From: Candidatus Marinacidobacterales bacterium
Lineage (GTDB): Bacteria; Acidobacteriota; Vicinamibacteria; Marinacidobacterales; DATDRI01
Direction: 5' to 3'
DNA length: 64,000 bases
NCBI GenBank assembly: GCA_965219415.1
Contig: CBDCNP010000002.1
Location: 768,001 to 832,000 of the forward strand
In this document: positions 60,837-64,000 of the stretch, piece by piece
How the letters are laid out: every line of letters begins with the position of its first letter
Position numbering within the stretch: the stretch's first letter is position 1
Position numbers and translations under genes: made by a program
The notes under the pieces: generated by a model
Seen by the model: only the letters and a program-made list of their open reading frames with translations
The model's database searches: none
Told to the model about the DNA's origin: nothing

Positions 60837-61587
60837 GCCATTCATCGCGGGCAACTGGAAGATGCACATGAAGACGTCCGAAGCATCGGGGCTGGCCTCG
60901 GAGTTGGTCGCATCTTGTCGCGAGATCGATGGCGTGGATATGGCGGTGGCGCCACCGTTCACCGCGCTCGCCGAAGTAGGAAAAGCGTTAGCCGGCAGCT
61001 CGATCGCATTGGGCGCCCAAAACATGCATTGGGAGGACAAAGGAGCCTTTACCGGTGAGATCGCTCCTTCCATGCTGACCGACGTTGGTTGTCGCTATGT
61101 CATCCTCGGCCACTCCGAGCGCCGACAGTTCTTCGGAGAGACCGACGAGGGCGTCAACCGCAAGGTCCTCGCTGCGTTCAAGCATAAACTTGTTCCGATC
61201 GTGTGCGTGGGAGAATCGGAAGAAGAAAGAGACCGAGGAGTGACTTTCGTTATTGTCGACCGCCAGGTGACCGGCGCGCTGAAAGACGTGGCGGCAAGTC
61301 AGATGGCGAACGTCGTCGTGGCGTATGAACCCCTCTGGGCCATCGGGACTGGGCGCACCGCGACTCCCGCGCAAGCGCAAGAAGTCCATCAAACCATTAG
61401 GGCCAAGTTGGCAGTGCTTTTCGGAAGCGAGACGGCCGACGCGGTACGCATCCTCTACGGCGGCAGCGTCAAGCCCGATAACATTGATTCACTCGTGGCC
61501 GAGGCAGACATCGACGGCGCCCTGGTAGGTGGGGCAAGCCTCAAGGCTGCTTCGTACGTGCGGATCTGCAGATTCGAGAGTAGTTAG
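60829..61587 (+). CDS. tpiA: Triosephosphate isomerase
   Basis: [28 protein letters not shown]. Confidence 0.98.
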   Translation: MRKPFIAGNWKMHMKTSEASGLASELVASCREIDGVDMAVAPPFTALAEVGKALAGSSIALGAQNMHWEDKGAFTGEIAPSMLTDVGCRYVILGHSERRQFFGETDEGVNRKVLAAFKHKLVPIVCVGESEEERDRGVTFVIVDRQVTGALKDVAASQMANVVVAYEPLWAIGTGRTATPAQAQEVHQTIRAKLAVLFGSETADAVRILYGGSVKPDNIDSLVAEADIDGALVGGASLKAASYVRICRFESS

Positions 61588-61598
61588 AAAGGAAGAAC

Positions 61599-62021
61599 AT
61601 GATCATTCTGCTCACCATTCTTCATATTGCTGTCAGCGGGCTTCTGATCCTGGTTGTCCTCGCCCAGCAAGGTAAGGGCCAGGATCTGGCCAGCGCTTTC
61701 GGTGGCGGCGGATCCTCCGCGGCCTTCGGCGCCCGGGGTGCGGCTACATTCCTTGCAAAAATAACGACCATCTGTGCGGTCCTCTTCATGTTGACCTCGC
61801 TGGGGCTCTCGTATCTACGGCCGGCTGTATCCGGAGGGTCCGTCGTTCCATTGGACTCGCCCCCCGGGGAAACCGTGCCGACCGACGTTGGCCCCGAAGA
61901 GACGCCTCCTCCCCAAGGCACCGGCGCACCCGAGGAAGGCGTCGCGTCACCCGAGGGCGAGGCCGAATCGAGTACCGAGCCGACCGCAGGGCCAACTGAA
62001 CCACCCCCAAACCCGGAGTGA
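61599..62021 (+). CDS. secG: Preprotein translocase subunit SecG with Pro/Glu-rich tail
   Basis: VLAQQGKG..AFGGG..FLAKIT; located between tpiA and tRNA-Leu. Confidence 0.93.
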   Translation: MIILLTILHIAVSGLLILVVLAQQGKGQDLASAFGGGGSSAAFGARGAATFLAKITTICAVLFMLTSLGLSYLRPAVSGGSVVPLDSPPGETVPTDVGPEETPPPQGTGAPEEGVASPEGEAESSTEPTAGPTEPPPNPE

Positions 62022-62024
62022 AGT

Positions 62025-62096
62025 TTCCCTCTCCCCGCTGGGAGAGCTTGGAGTGTATTCCCTCTCCCCTTCAGGGGGAGAGGGTAGGGTGAGGGG
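62025..62096. repeat. Extragenic palindromic element (CCCTCTCCC..GGGAGAGGG..GGGTGAGGGG), one partial plus one full copy
   Basis: Visible hairpin CCCTCTCCCC-ttcag-GGGGAGAGGG followed by TAGGGTGAGGGG. Confidence 0.65.
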
Positions 62097-62162
62097 TTCT
62101 CCTTCTGCTATAATTCACATCTTTCGGAGCCCTCTCCGGGCAGCCGAAGACCCACCCAAGTT

Positions 62163-62247
62163 GCCGAAGTGGTGGAACTGGCAGACACGTGCGCTTGAGG
62201 GGCGTATGGGGCGACCCGTGGGGGTTCGAATCCCCCCTTCGGCACCA
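62163..62247 (+). tRNA. tRNA-Leu (GAG)
   Basis: GCCGAAGTGGTGGAACTGGCAGACACG..TT-GAG-GG loop, variable arm, GGTTCGAATCC, ends CTTCGGCACCA. Confidence 0.96.
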
Positions 62248-62416
62248 AGTTTCGGTTTTCTCTTATGACTCAACGAGTTGCGCGAAGCCGTTGTTAGTGA
62301 TTGCTAACGATTTGCTAACGGCGACGTTCAGATCTGCGTGTGCTTTACAAGAGAACTTTTTTCACCTAGATCGTTAACCCACTCAGAAGATAAAATATTC
62401 ACTAGAGGTTAGGGCG

Positions 62417-62650
62417 ATGGCCGACGCGTTCGACGTGCTTGACGCACCGATGTACTCTCCCGTATTCGTCGCGAGGCTTGTGGGACTCCGGCCGGAAAGA
62501 GTACGTCGCTGGTTGCGTGGGTATGAGTACACCTACGCACCATCGCCATCAACTCACGCGCAGAGAAGGAAGAAAGGGCCCGTCGTGAGTCGATCCGGTG
62601 CAGAAGGATCACGGTACGCTTCCTTTCTAGATCTGATCGACCTCCTCTTT
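62417..62650 (+). pseudogene. N-terminal HTH fragment of a DUF433/VapB45-like antitoxin
   Basis: MYS..VARLVG..VRRWLRGY..ASFLDLIDL; resemblance ends near 62650. Confidence 0.55.
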
Positions 62651-62926
62651 TGTTCCAGTAAGTTTTTAATTGACACAGAGCAAACGATCAGATACGTAAC
62701 AGCTAAGTTTGCGCCAGTGCCACTCGCGAGCGACTCTCATCTAAAGCGCGAAAATCCGGAGGTGTGGTATGCCTTCTCCTCGGGTGTTCCGCTCATCCTT
62801 CCTAGTCCACCTTGTAATCGACAGAAGCGTGCCGGCTTCCTGTCGCTCCACCCATGCCGCGATCGCGGTCAGGAAGATTGAAAGTAACCTCGGACTTATT
62901 CAACTAAGAACAAATCTCCTCCACTG

Positions 62927-64000
62927 GGGGATGTCCCGGCCGCTGTTGAATTTGGTCGGGTAGCGGCGGCACCTGTGAATACTCTTAGGCAGCAAACTCA
63001 TCGCTGTCAAGAGATTTCTGTTTGCTTCTAAGCGCGTGAACGAAAGCGCCCATATGGCGATAGCCTTTGATACGCCGGAACTTTTTCTGCGCGGTGACGA
63101 CGCCAAGAGCGGTCCATCGGCGAACCATGGAAGGACTCTTCCAACGCTTGACGTTTCTCGATACTCTGCGAATGGTTCCGTTGAGATTCTCAATGGCGTT
63201 CGTCGTGGCAAGAGACTGGCGAAGTAAGGCGGGCAGCGCGAGCTTCACGACCGTGAGTGTCTCTTCCATCCCTTCACGAAGGCTTCCGGCAGCTTCGTCG
63301 TAGCCGTTTCGCTCGAGCCACGACACCAATGCCTGAAGTCGCTTGCGCGCCTTGTCGGCACTCTTGCACTTGTAGGCTTCCTTCATCGTCTGGAGTACGT
63401 AGGCGTGACGAGACTTGGGAAGGTACGAGCGAAGATTCCGGAGTTTATGGATCTGGCACCTTTGGATGACCGCGAGGTCCCCCAAAACGTCGACGAGTGC
63501 CTTGCGGATGCCTTTGCCTCCGTCCACTACGCAGAGAATCGACTCATCGACGCGCAAGCCCCGCTCGAGAAGGTCCTGCAACATCGCGGTGCACACCCGA
63601 GAGTTCTCCGTCGAGCCCAGCCATATACCCAGGGGCACCTTCGTTCCATCTATTGTGATACCTAGAGTTACGACGACGGTCTGTCCGGCCACCTCAAGGC
63701 CATCCAGCATCAGTGCCGCAAGCTCGAACTCCTCTAGCCGCCGAGACAGGTATTCCTCGAGCTTCTTAGTCGTCTGGCTCACGAGGTGACGGCTGGCGGC
63801 ACTCTTACTCGTGCCACGAGACTTCAACTTGGCCGCGGGTTTGTTCAGACTCGATTCGTAATTTCGGGTCGATACCCCCACCAAGATCTGATTCAACACT
63901 CGCTCTGGAAGCGGGTCTTCTTCGCGGAAGGCTTCGAAGTGTGGAAGCGACGCCTCCTCGCCCGACTTCGAGCGAACTCGAGGTCGCGACACTTGGATGC
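62927..64000 (-). mobile_element. IS256-family element (right IR + transposase 62985->64000, 5' end outside the window)
   Basis: GVSTR, LDG, DGGKG, QRCQIHK, TTNAIENLN; IR shared with 11487. Confidence 0.93.

Overview
About 60% GC bacterial chromosome segment. The gene repertoire (ADOP-type permease, Oar-like TonB receptors, tandem DUF507, STK-TPR proteins) suggests Acidobacteriota; this is an inference. Layout: (1) 1-12160 is an accessory island at the 3' end of tRNA-Asp. It holds an HNH nuclease, a mosaic of gene scraps and MITE-like repeats, a TonB receptor plus three exported amide hydrolases, and an IS256 remnant. (2) A core block with DUF507 x2, Hsp20, the LPS inner-core/lipid A operon and gap. 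(3) About 36 kb of mixed, partly decaying genes separating gap from pgk-tpiA-secG, including a cobalamin-riboswitch btuBFDC-pduO-cobQSCU operon. (4) tRNA-Leu followed by a second island with IS256. The strongest candidate for unusual biology is a core-MetE (methionine synthase II-like) gene whose zinc-ligand Cys codon (HLCRGN) is an in-frame TGA followed by a SECIS-like hairpin, i.e. a probable selenoprotein. All calls come from reading motifs by eye; no database searches were run.
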